Source of the DNA: Anaerolineae bacterium
GTDB lineage: Bacteria; Chloroflexota; Anaerolineae; S140-20
Assembly (NCBI GenBank): GCA_027021705.1
Contig: JALUTT010000140.1
Coordinates: 1-25,772, forward strand
Direction of reading: 5' to 3'
DNA length: 25,772 nucleotides
Part shown: in pieces, positions 17,443 through 25,772 of the stretch
Position numbering within the stretch: position 1 is the stretch's first letter
Layout of the letters: each line of letters starts with the position of its first letter
The notes under the pieces: model-generated
Told to the model about the DNA's origin: nothing
The model's input: the letters and a program-made list of their open reading frames with translations, nothing else
Databases searched by the model: none
Program-made: the position numbers and the translations under genes

Positions 17443-17617
17443 ACGGATTGGAAGAGAAGGTAACGGATTGGGGGAGCGGATTGAACGGAGAAGGGGCGCT
17501 TTCCCATCCGCTCAATCCGTTCTCAAATCCGCTGACAGCTATCCGTCCCCAAACGGACGGCTGTCAACGGATTGGGGGAGCGGATTGAACGGAGAGGAGT
17601 GCCCCCAGAGGATATGA
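17443..17617. repeat. REP/MITE-like palindrome cluster (one full 89-bp copy at 17505-17593 plus a preceding right half) between grpE and dnaK
   Basis: Same family as 14773-14973, and similarity continues about 25 bp downstream of the palindrome. Confidence 0.9.
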
Positions 17618-17649
17618 TTCACTCGATAAAGCACTAGGGGAAAGGCGTT

Positions 17650-19476
17650 ATGGGACGTGTTGTCGGCATTGACCTGGGAACGACCAACTCGGTATGCGCG
17701 GTGATGGAAGGCGGTGAACCCGTCATCATCCCATCCTCGGAGGGGGGGCGGCTCTTCCCCTCGGTGGTGGCCATCAACCCCAAGACCGGCGAGAGGATGG
17801 TCGGGCTGGTGGCCCGCCGACAGGCCATCACCAACCCGGAGAACACCATCTTCTCCATCAAACGCTTTATGGGGCGCAAGTACGACGACCCGGAGGTCCG
17901 GCGGGCACGGGAGATCGTCCCCTATCCCGTGACGGCAGCTCCCAACGGGGATGTGCGGGTGCTGCTGAACGGGCAGGAGTACTCCCCGCCGGAGATCTCC
18001 GCGATGATCCTCCAGAAGATCAAGGCGGACGCCGAGGCCTACCTGGGGGAACCGATCACCGAGGCGGTGATCACCGTGCCTGCCTACTTCAACGACAGCC
18101 AGCGCCAGGCGACGAAGGACGCGGGCCGCATCGCCGGCCTGGAGGTGCTGCGCATCATCAACGAGCCCACCGCCTCCTCCCTGGCCTACGGCCTGGGCGA
18201 CCACCGGGATCAGGTCATCGCCGTCTACGACCTGGGCGGGGGGACCTTCGACATCTCCATCCTGGACGTGGGCGATGGGGTCTTCGAGGTCCGGGCCACC
18301 AGCGGCGACACCTTCCTGGGAGGCGACGACTTCGACCGGCGGATCATTGACTGGGTGGCCGAGGAGTTCCTGCGGGAGCACGGCATTGACCTGCGGCAGG
18401 ACCGCCAGGCCCTCCAGCGCCTCAAGGAGGCGGCCGAGAAGGCCAAGATCGAGCTCTCCTCGGTCCTGGAGACGGAGATTACCCTGCCCTTCATCGCGGC
18501 CGATGCCAACGGCCCCTTGCACCTCAACGTCACCCTCAGCCGGGCCAAGCTGGAGCAGCTCACGGAGGACCTGATCGAGCGGACCCTGGGGCCTTGTGAG
18601 CAGGCGCTGCAGGACGCCGGTCTGAGGCCCGAAGAGATTGACGAGGTGATCCTGGTGGGCGGGATGACCCGGATGCCGGCCATCCGCGAGGCGGTCCGCC
18701 GCTTCTTCGGGAAGGAGCCGCACAAAGGGGTCAACCCCGACGAGGTGGTGGCCCTGGGTGCCGCCATCCAGGCCGGCGTCCTGAAAGGGGAGGTGCGCGA
18801 CGTCCTCCTGCTGGACGTCACGCCGCTGACCCTGAGCATCGAGACGTTGGGTGGGGTGGCCACCCCCCTCATCCCCCGCAACACGACCATCCCCACCCGG
18901 CGCAGCCAGATCTTCTCCACCGCCCAGGATGGACAGACCAGCGTGGAGATCCACGTGGTGCAGGGGGAGCGCCCGATGGCGGCCGATAACAAGAGCCTGG
19001 GTCGCTTCATCCTGGACGGCATCCCACCGGCCCCGCGCGGCACCCCCCGGATTGAGGTGACCTTCGACATTGACGTGAACGGCATCCTCCACGTCTCCGC
19101 CAAGGATGAGGCGACGGGCAATGTCCAACAGATCACCATCCAACCCTCCAGCGGCCTGAGCGACGAGGAGATCGAGGCGATGATCCGAGAGGCGGAGCGA
19201 CACCGGGAGGAGGATCAGCACCGCCGGGAGTTGGTGGACGCCCGCAACCAAGCCGATGCCACCCTGTACCACGCCGAGAAGGCGCTGCGGGAGCTGAGCG
19301 ACTGGATCACGCCGGGGATGCAGGCCCAGGCGGAGCGGCAGATGGCCGAGGTCCGGGAGGCCCGCGAGCAGGAGGACCCGGCCCGCATCCGTGAGGCCGT
19401 GGAGCGGTTGCGCCGGCTCCTGCGGGAGATCAGCACTCCCCCTCAACAAGAGGACACGACCACGACCACCCTTTGA
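17650..19476 (+). CDS. dnaK: Chaperone DnaK (Hsp70)
   Basis: [52 protein letters not shown]. Confidence 0.99.
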   Translation: MGRVVGIDLGTTNSVCAVMEGGEPVIIPSSEGGRLFPSVVAINPKTGERMVGLVARRQAITNPENTIFSIKRFMGRKYDDPEVRRAREIVPYPVTAAPNGDVRVLLNGQEYSPPEISAMILQKIKADAEAYLGEPITEAVITVPAYFNDSQRQATKDAGRIAGLEVLRIINEPTASSLAYGLGDHRDQVIAVYDLGGGTFDISILDVGDGVFEVRATSGDTFLGGDDFDRRIIDWVAEEFLREHGIDLRQDRQALQRLKEAAEKAKIELSSVLETEITLPFIAADANGPLHLNVTLSRAKLEQLTEDLIERTLGPCEQALQDAGLRPEEIDEVILVGGMTRMPAIREAVRRFFGKEPHKGVNPDEVVALGAAIQAGVLKGEVRDVLLLDVTPLTLSIETLGGVATPLIPRNTTIPTRRSQIFSTAQDGQTSVEIHVVQGERPMAADNKSLGRFILDGIPPAPRGTPRIEVTFDIDVNGILHVSAKDEATGNVQQITIQPSSGLSDEEIEAMIREAERHREEDQHRRELVDARNQADATLYHAEKALRELSDWITPGMQAQAERQMAEVREAREQEDPARIREAVERLRRLLREISTPPQQEDTTTTTL

Positions 19477-19553
19477 GGGAGGCAAACCCACTCTCTCCGA
19501 GAAGCTAGCCACCTCGGTCGTCCGTGGAAGGAGGAAGCGAAGGAAAGCCGGCT

Positions 19554-20678
19554 ATGGCTGCCAAGCGTGACTATTACGAGGTCCTGGGCGTCAGCAGGAC
19601 GGCTTCCCAGGAGGAGATCAAGAAGGCCTATCGGCGGCTGGCCCGCCAGTACCACCCCGACGTCAACAAATCGCCGGACGCCGAAGCCCGCTTCAAGGAG
19701 ATCAACGAGGCCTACGAGGTGCTGGGAGACCCGGAGAAGCGAGCGGCCTACGACCGCTTCGGCCACGCGGGCCTCGGCGGTCAGGGGATGCCCGACTTCT
19801 CCGACTTCGGCCTCGGCGGGCTGGGGGAGATCTTCGAGGAGTTCTTCGGCTTCGGTATGGGCGGTCGGAGCCGCCGTCGGGGGCCCCGGCGGGGCGAGGA
19901 CCTGCGGGTAGACCTCACCCTGACCTTTGAAGAGGCGGTCTTCGGCTGCGAGAAGCAGGTCCGGGTCAACCGCTACGCCCCCTGCCCCCTCTGCCACGGC
20001 ACCGGAGCCGAACCGGGCACCAACCCCGTCCGCTGCAACACCTGCGGCGGGGTAGGGGAGGTCCGCCGGGTGCAGCAATCCATCCTGGGCTCCTTCGTCA
20101 ACGTCACCACCTGCCCCACCTGTGGTGGAACGGGGGAGGTGATCCCCATCCCCTGTCGGCGCTGTCGGGGTAACAAGCAGGTGCGGGTGACGCGCACGCT
20201 GACGGTGAAGATCCCGGCCGGCGTGGACGACGGCACGCAGATCCGGCTGGCCGGTGAGGGCGAGCCCGGCACCTACGGCGGTCCCCCCGGCAACCTCTAC
20301 GTCGTCTTGCGCGTGCAGCCCCATCCCTACTTCCGCCGTCGCAACGACGACCTGATCCTGGAACTGCCCATCAACGTGGCCCAAGCTGCCCTAGGCGACC
20401 GCATTACCATCCCCACGTTGGAGGGGGAGGAGGAGATCCGCATCCCGCCGGGCACCCAGACCGGTCAGATCTTCCGGCTGCGAGGCCGGGGGGTTCCCCA
20501 CCTGCGGCGCAACGGGCGGGGCGACCTGCTCATCATCACCCACGTCGTCGTCCCCACTCAGTTGACCGCAGAACAGCGGGCCCTCTTCGAGAAGCTGGCC
20601 CAGACTTTGGGCCGGGAGAGCATCCCCCAGCAGGAGAAGGGCTTCTTCGAGAAGCTGCGGGAGGCTTTCAGCCTCTAG
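19554..20678 (+). CDS. dnaJ: Chaperone DnaJ
   Basis: J-domain with HPD, G/F region, four CxxCxGx zinc-finger repeats, C-terminal domain. Confidence 0.99.
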   Translation: MAAKRDYYEVLGVSRTASQEEIKKAYRRLARQYHPDVNKSPDAEARFKEINEAYEVLGDPEKRAAYDRFGHAGLGGQGMPDFSDFGLGGLGEIFEEFFGFGMGGRSRRRGPRRGEDLRVDLTLTFEEAVFGCEKQVRVNRYAPCPLCHGTGAEPGTNPVRCNTCGGVGEVRRVQQSILGSFVNVTTCPTCGGTGEVIPIPCRRCRGNKQVRVTRTLTVKIPAGVDDGTQIRLAGEGEPGTYGGPPGNLYVVLRVQPHPYFRRRNDDLILELPINVAQAALGDRITIPTLEGEEEIRIPPGTQTGQIFRLRGRGVPHLRRNGRGDLLIITHVVVPTQLTAEQRALFEKLAQTLGRESIPQQEKGFFEKLREAFSL

Positions 20679-20679
20679 C

Positions 20680-20708
20680 TTGACGCCCAGCGGGGGGCGT
20701 GGTATAAT
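20680..20708 (+). promoter_or_regulatory. Promoter of the serS leader
   Basis: TTGACG-17 bp-TATAAT with TGn extension, directly after the dnaJ stop. Confidence 0.9.
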
Positions 20709-20733
20709 CGCCTCCCAAACCGAGATGGACAAC

Positions 20734-21080
20734 GACGATGACGGAGACGAGTAGGCCGGTGCCGGCTTCCAGAGAGCCGCCGGTTGCTGCGAGGCGGTAG
20801 TCGGGCCGGTCGAAATCCCCTCCCGAGTCGCTCAGCGAACGCCCGGGGGGTACTAACGCAGAGGCGCAGAGAACGCCGAGAGACCCCAAGGATTCCTCCG
20901 CGCCCTCGGCGTCTCGGCGGTGAAGAAAGCCCTCCCTCGGGTCAGTAAGGTGAGCCGGTTGCTCCCGTTACCGAGCACGGGTCTCCGACCCGCCGAGGTC
21001 CGCCGTCGCGAGGCGGCGGACGAAGCCAGGTGGCACCACGAGCGGCCCCCTCGTCCTGGTTCGGATGAGGGGGCCTTTAC
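20734..21080 (+). ncRNA. Serine-specific T-box riboswitch
   Basis: Stem I with AGTA, AGAGA and GCTG motifs; specifier TCC (Ser) at 20816-20818; Stem II with GAA/AGTA; CCGTTA pseudoknot; Stem III at 20998-21021; antiterminator CCAGG-TGGCACC-ACGAG; terminator 21044-21075 + TTT. Confidence 0.93.
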
Positions 21081-21118
21081 GTTGTGGGAACAACCTATCT
21101 CAAGACGGAGGTGGAGCG

Positions 21119-22405
21119 ATGTTGGACCTGGCCTTCATCCGCGATCATCCTGACCTGGTGCGCGAGGCCCTGCGCAAGCGGAACACCGATGCCCCGCTGG
21201 ACCGCATCCTGGAACTGGACGAACGGCGGCGTGTCCTGCTCAAGGAGGTGGAGGCGCTGAAGCACCAGCGCAACGTCGCCTCCAAGCAGATCGGGCGGAC
21301 GAAGGACCCGGCGGAGCGGGAGGCGCGGATCGCCGAGATGCGGGCCGTCTCCGACCGCATCGCCGCCCTGGATGACCAAGTCCGGGAAGTCGAGGCAGAG
21401 CTGAAAGAGGCGCTGCTCTGGGTGCCCAACATCCCCCACGAGAGCGTGCCCGTCGGCCCCGACGAGGAGGCCAACGTCGTCGTCCGCCAAGAAGGGGAGC
21501 CCAAGACCGCCGACGACTTCGGTTTCCAGCCCCTGCCCCACTGGGACCTGGGGCCGATGTTGGACATCATTGACTTCGAGCGAGGGGTGAAGCTCGCCGG
21601 CAGCCGCTTCTACGTCCTCAAGGGGATGGGAGCCCGGCTGCACCGGGCGCTGATCCAGTGGATGCTGGACATCCACGTCACCGAGAACGGCTACACGGAG
21701 ACCTACCTGCCCCACATGGTGCGGCGGGAGATGATGGTCGGGGCAGCCCAGCTCCCCAAGTTCGAGGACAACATCTACCACGATGCCGAGGAGGACTACT
21801 GGTTCATCGGCACGGCGGAGATCCCGCTGACCAACCTACACCGGGACGAGATCCTGAGCGCGGACCAGTTGCCCCTCTATTACGTCGCCCACACGCCCTG
21901 CTTCCGGCGGGAGAAGATGAGCGCGGGGCGGGACGTGCGGGGGATCAAGCGGGTCCACCAGTTCGACAAGGTGGAGATGTACAAGTTCGTCCTGCCGGAG
22001 ACCAGCTACGAGGAGTTGGAATCGCTGGTGGAGAACGCCGTGGACCTCTGCCGGCGGCTGGGGCTTCCGTACCGGGTGGTGGAGATCTGCACGGGCGACC
22101 TGGGGTTCGCCTCGGCCAAGACCTACGACATCGAGGCCTGGGCGCCGGGCAGCGGGGAGTGGCTGGAGGTCAGCTCCTGCAGCAACGTCGAGGCCTTCCA
22201 GGCCCGGCGGGCCAACATCCGGTTCCGGCGGGAGAAGAGGGCCAAGCCCGAGTACGTCCACACCCTCAACGGATCGGGGCTGGCCCTGCCCCGGACCCTC
22301 ATCGCCATCCTGGAGACCTATCAGCAGGCGGACGGCAGCGTCGTCGTGCCCGAGGTGCTGCGCCCCTACATGGGCGGGGTTGAGGTGATTCGGCCCCCGG
22401 TTTGA
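21119..22405 (+). CDS. serS: Serine--tRNA ligase
   Basis: MLD...[69 protein letters not shown]. Confidence 0.99.
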   Translation: MLDLAFIRDHPDLVREALRKRNTDAPLDRILELDERRRVLLKEVEALKHQRNVASKQIGRTKDPAEREARIAEMRAVSDRIAALDDQVREVEAELKEALLWVPNIPHESVPVGPDEEANVVVRQEGEPKTADDFGFQPLPHWDLGPMLDIIDFERGVKLAGSRFYVLKGMGARLHRALIQWMLDIHVTENGYTETYLPHMVRREMMVGAAQLPKFEDNIYHDAEEDYWFIGTAEIPLTNLHRDEILSADQLPLYYVAHTPCFRREKMSAGRDVRGIKRVHQFDKVEMYKFVLPETSYEELESLVENAVDLCRRLGLPYRVVEICTGDLGFASAKTYDIEAWAPGSGEWLEVSSCSNVEAFQARRANIRFRREKRAKPEYVHTLNGSGLALPRTLIAILETYQQADGSVVVPEVLRPYMGGVEVIRPPV

Positions 22406-22430
22406 CACTTCAAGTCGAGCGTGGTATACT
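22402..22430 (+). promoter_or_regulatory. Promoter of the tRNA operon
   Basis: TTGACA (overlapping the serS stop)-17 bp-TATACT with TGn extension. Confidence 0.88.
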
Positions 22431-22473
22431 AAAACCGCCTTCGGGAGAGGACGAGCCTCCCGGCAGGCCACGC

Positions 22474-22563
<90 letters not shown>

Positions 22564-22578
22564 AACAGGAGAATACGC

Positions 22579-22667
22579 GGGGAGGTGCCAGAGTGGACGA
22601 ATGGGGCCGCCTGCTAAGCGGTTAGGGGGCGAGAGCTCCCTCCAGGGTTCGAATCCCTGCCTCCCCG
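22579..22667 (+). tRNA. tRNA-Ser (anticodon GCT), CCA not encoded
   Basis: GGGGAGG/CCTCCCC acceptor stem, GCCGC-CTGCTAA-GCGGT anticodon arm, long variable arm, TTCGAAT, G73. Confidence 0.96.
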
Positions 22668-22677
22668 CCTAAGACGT

Positions 22678-22753
22678 GCCCCCGTAGCTCAAAGGATAGA
22701 GCGTTTGGTTGCGGACCAAAAGGTTGCAGGTTCGAGTCCTGCCGGGGGTGCCA
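22678..22753 (+). tRNA. tRNA-Arg (anticodon GCG), CCA encoded
   Basis: GCCCCCG/CGGGGGT acceptor stem, D-loop with A20, TTTGG-TTGCGGA-CCAAA anticodon arm, GCAGG-TTCGAGT-CCTGC, GCCA end. Confidence 0.95.
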
Positions 22754-22783
22754 GAAGCCGATTGGGGTTGCCAACACCTGCCT

Positions 22784-22825
22784 AAACGCCCTCCCCTTCT
22801 ACGACGCGAGAAGAGGAGGGCGTTT
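22784..22825. terminator. Likely bidirectional terminator
   Basis: AAACGCCCTCCCCTTCT / AGAAGAGGAGGGCGTTT (17 bp, 1 mismatch) between the tRNA operon and the convergent gene. Confidence 0.75.
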
Positions 22826-22870
22826 GGCATTGCGGCCTAGGGTGACGACGGGAGTCGCCACCGAGAGCCG

Positions 22871-25090
22871 TTAGAGGCCGAGGAAGGCCCCTGCTTGCCG
22901 GAGCGTCTCGAGGATAAGGGAGAAATCGCCGTCGGCAAGCATTCGCCTGAGAGGTGTGGACCTCAAGAAGCGATCCCGCTCAGCCAGCGAGGGGATCTCA
23001 GATGCCCGTTCCAGCAGAGCACAACGGGCCTCCTCCAGGCCACGGATGGCCCGGTTCCCATCACCCTGATGGTGGGCCACGGCTGCTTCCAGCGTATGAG
23101 CGAGGACTTGGTGACGTTCCTCGCCGCTAGCCTTCAGAGCCTTCCAGGCTGTCGCCATGGCCTCGGCTGCGGCTTCCACGTAGCCTTTTGCAAGCCCGAG
23201 TTGGCAACGCAGCAGCGCAATAGCCCCCTGATAGCGAGAGCATTCTTCGCCCCCGCTCAGACTATCCGCACGGTTGATCCAACGCCGAGCTTCGTCCAAC
23301 AGCCCCTGCTGGCCAGCCAGTGAAGCCAGTTCTAAAGCAGCCTCCACCTCATACCGGGAATCAGCCAGTTCGCCGGCTCTGCGGCGAGCGTAAACAGCCC
23401 ACAATCGCGCTCGATCTCGATCGCCCGTCCGACTGTAGAGACGTGCAGCTCGACACGCAAGCCAGACTTGCGTTTCCCGATTCCCCAGGATGTTGGCCAG
23501 ACGCTGGGCTGCTTGCAGATGGTTCATCGCAGCGATAAAGTCACCTAACTCGCGCTCGGCACTGGCCATATTACCCAAGATGATCGCCCGAACCAGGGTG
23601 GCGGGACTTTCCGGCGTCAGCGCCAAGGCGAGCCGAGCTTGCTCCAGCGCCAGCCAGTCGTGCCCCAGATATGTGTAGACGCTGGCCAAGTTGTTGTGGT
23701 CCAACCGTCTCCACTCCGGCCGGTCCGCATCCAGAGCAAGCGCCTTCTGGTGATAAGCCAGAGCCAGGGGATACCTCCCCAGCATCTCGTAACAGGTTCC
23801 CATCAGCCGCAGCGCCTGAGCCCGCAAGTGCGAATCATCTTCGGCCAGCTCGAGAGCCGCCTCTGCCAGACGAAGGGCTTCCTGCAGCCGCCCTTCCCGT
23901 TGGGCCAACCAGCACTGTCGAGCCCGGACCTCGCTCTGAACATCGCTATCAGCCAGTGTCTCGGCCAGGCTCAGGGCTTGTTCCAGGTTTCGGGCCTGAG
24001 CCTGACGCTGGGCAGCCCGGTCATAAAGGGGATCGCAGCGCAATCGGAGCGTGAGCTGATGCCGTAGATTCGCCGATGTCGGAGCCAGGTCCTCTAAGGC
24101 CACCAGCGCCGTCTCATAGGCCTGACGAGCTATTTCCCAAAGGTGCTGAGCTTCGGCAACCTCCCCAACCTGTTCAGCTTCCACCACCAGGGCTTGACCA
24201 AGGCGCTGAGTCATCTGACGGACGGCAAGCATAACCGAGTGAGAAAGCTTGGGATCCACCAGCAGCCGAGCGAGATTGGCCAAGGCCAACGGCATTCCCA
24301 CCAAAGTGTCCAACGTCGGAGCCCCCCGAGCAGGCAATCGGAGCAAACGGGTCACCCGGTCGGCGGGGGAAAGGCCCAGTTCCTCCCGCCAGATCCGAGC
24401 GTAGCGTTGGTAGGCGGTCAGTGCAGCCTGATGCTGCCCCAAGGCCAGGTGCAGTCGGATTACGGCCTCGTGACCGGCCTCGTCATAGGGTTCAGCTCTC
24501 ACCAGTTCTTCGGCATAGTGAAGAGCACGCACCAGGTCCCCAGAAGCTTCGTAGCCTGTGATCAGGACTTCCAGCGCCCGAAGATAGCGCTCTTGGTAAC
24601 GCAGCCGGGGAGGATAGCACCATTCTGCATCGCAGCCTGTCAACAGAGGTCCTCGATAGAGACGCACGGCCTGCTCCAAAGATTTCAGCGTCTCTTCATC
24701 TGCTTCGAATTCGTGCTCCGGCGTCGGAGCCACCGGGACAGTGCAAGCCTCGAACTCGTCGAGATCGAGCCAGGCATCCGAGGGGAGGTTCCACATAAGA
24801 GTGTGAGGAGTGCTCTGCAGGCAAGTGACTAATACACCACCGGCGATCTGGCGAAGCCGCCAGAGCAGAGTGTTGAGGTTGCGGCGAGCCTGGCTATCGG
24901 GTAAATCGGGCCAGAAAGTCCCGGCGACTCGCCACCGATCCAGGACCTCACCCCGGTGGAGGATGAAGTAACCAAGGAGGGTACACAAGGTGGGAGCACG
25001 ATGGAGATCGTGGAGGGGAGCACCCAATAGGGTCACCTGGAGCCGACCCAAACAACGGATCTGGAGTCGCTCCTGCACAGGTGTCTCCAT
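22871..25090 (-). CDS. SARP-family (wHTH + BTAD) transcriptional activator with C-terminal TPR array; no recognisable ATPase
   Basis: I.CLGRL.V, FWPD.PDSQARRNL...L.RLR, WLDLDEFE, AV.LYRGPLL, EPYDE..H...IR, EELG..P, then TPR-like repeats. Confidence 0.88.
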   Translation of the reverse strand: METPVQERLQIRCLGRLQVTLLGAPLHDLHRAPTLCTLLGYFILHRGEVLDRWRVAGTFWPDLPDSQARRNLNTLLWRLRQIAGGVLVTCLQSTPHTLMWNLPSDAWLDLDEFEACTVPVAPTPEHEFEADEETLKSLEQAVRLYRGPLLTGCDAEWCYPPRLRYQERYLRALEVLITGYEASGDLVRALHYAEELVRAEPYDEAGHEAVIRLHLALGQHQAALTAYQRYARIWREELGLSPADRVTRLLRLPARGAPTLDTLVGMPLALANLARLLVDPKLSHSVMLAVRQMTQRLGQALVVEAEQVGEVAEAQHLWEIARQAYETALVALEDLAPTSANLRHQLTLRLRCDPLYDRAAQRQAQARNLEQALSLAETLADSDVQSEVRARQCWLAQREGRLQEALRLAEAALELAEDDSHLRAQALRLMGTCYEMLGRYPLALAYHQKALALDADRPEWRRLDHNNLASVYTYLGHDWLALEQARLALALTPESPATLVRAIILGNMASAERELGDFIAAMNHLQAAQRLANILGNRETQVWLACRAARLYSRTGDRDRARLWAVYARRRAGELADSRYEVEAALELASLAGQQGLLDEARRWINRADSLSGGEECSRYQGAIALLRCQLGLAKGYVEAAAEAMATAWKALKASGEERHQVLAHTLEAAVAHHQGDGNRAIRGLEEARCALLERASEIPSLAERDRFLRSTPLRRMLADGDFSLILETLRQAGAFLGL

Positions 25091-25212
25091 ATCCCTTAAT
25101 CCCTTACTGCCTGCTGCTGAAAGGATTCGCAGTAGGCACGGCCAATCGGCAACGAACAGACACCCCAGAGGTTATGGTTTCTAAAAGCCCATGATAGCCG
25201 TGTAATAGGTAG

Positions 25213-25241
25213 AAAATATACTGAAAGGGAGAGAATGTCAA
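25213..25241 (-). promoter_or_regulatory. Putative promoter of the SARP-TPR gene
   Basis: TTGACA-17 bp-TATTTT on the minus strand in an AT-rich patch. Confidence 0.5.
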
Positions 25242-25348
25242 GGAAGACCGATTAGCGATAGCCCATATCTTGGGAGGTCGCTGGTCCCTTTGACCACGCT
25301 TCCCTAGTAGGCATGCTGGTCGTTTGAGCCACCTGACTCATTTCTCAA

Positions 25349-25403
25349 AGGTCCTCGATAGAGACGCACAGCCTGCTCCAAAGATTTCAGCGTCTCTTCA
25401 TCT
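25349..25403. repeat. 55-bp direct copy of an internal piece of the SARP gene (24647-24701)
   Basis: 54/55 identical by direct comparison. Confidence 0.93.
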
Positions 25404-25612
25404 CTCTCACCTGACACTATGCGCAAAGCCCTGTTGGTGCTGTAAGGAGGATCACCACCGGATCCGCTGAGCCTATGGCAAGGGCGACTCAAGGGGGAGA
25501 CCCTCCGACACAGGCACCGATGCTGAACAACTGCAACGATGATCGCTTCCTGTGGGAGAAGTGGTGGCCTTGGACCAAAGTCTCAATGCAACGATAAGGA
25601 GGGCTTTGGCTT

Positions 25613-25772
25613 ATGAGCAAGCTTCCACAAACCTTCCCCTCACTCCTAGCCACGGGTTGTAAGGTGATTCTAGCTGCCACCATAATTGCCCTGATGCTCA
25701 CCGGAACGTCCATCCTGGAGAGAGCTTCTGCAGATAACCCAGACCCTACCCCGGCAACCCGGCTGGTAACTC
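25613..25772 (+). CDS. N-terminus of a secreted protein, truncated by the window edge (MSKLPQTFPSLLATGCKVILAATIIALMLTGTSILERASA-DNPDPTPATRLVT...)
   Basis: RBS AAGGAGG at 25596-25602; open to the edge; hydrophobic core and ASA cleavage motif. Not in the ORF track because it has no stop. Confidence 0.75.
   Translation, partial: MSKLPQTFPSLLATGCKVILAATIIALMLTGTSILERASADNPDPTPATRLVT

Noticed and set aside
17539..19512. 657-aa antisense ORF opposite dnaK (and similar long antisense ORFs elsewhere)
   Set aside because: Shadow ORFs are expected from high GC3 codon bias, and an antisense ORF opposite dnaK is a well-known case.
24647..25403. Diversity-generating retroelement TR/VR pair
   Set aside because: Only 55 bp with a single mismatch, not at a C-terminal variable region, and no reverse transcriptase in the window.
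25304..25713. Minus-strand ORFs of 62 and 74 aa
   Set aside because: The first owes its protein-like part to the 55-bp duplication. The second is antisense to the better-supported signal-peptide gene at 25613.

Overview
GC-rich bacterial chromosomal window, probably Chloroflexota (Anaerolineae-like). That assignment is inferred from C-terminal YLPxVLR secreted proteins, the AroK-AroB fusion and a T-box in a high-GC genome. Left to right: (1) a heptamer tract and a ~1 kb non-coding tandem array of 156-158 bp units; (2) a multi-PAS/GAF sensor kinase with a single-domain response regulator; (3) a secreted Asp-box protein; (4) on the minus strand, aroQ, an Rpn-family nuclease, fused aroK-aroB, and a split HTH-NB-ARC + TPR (STAND) gene pair; (5) divergently, two secreted proteins behind a structured leader; (6) a CIRCE-controlled hrcA-grpE-dnaK-dnaJ cluster; (7) T-box-regulated serS and three tRNAs (Ser-TGA, Ser-GCT, Arg-GCG); (8) a compositionally different segment with a SARP/BTAD-TPR regulator divergent from another secreted protein. 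The best candidate for an undescribed system is the split STAND regulator with 11-bp-phased GGAG boxes, a structured leader and a secreted protein pair, a layout echoed at the right end. Also notable: the 157-bp array appears built from pieces of several REP-like palindrome families, the Rpn gene has a likely intragenic antitoxin start, a palindrome sits inside the T-box, and two proteins share a candidate YLPxVLR sorting motif. All family calls come from motifs read by eye; no database searches were run.
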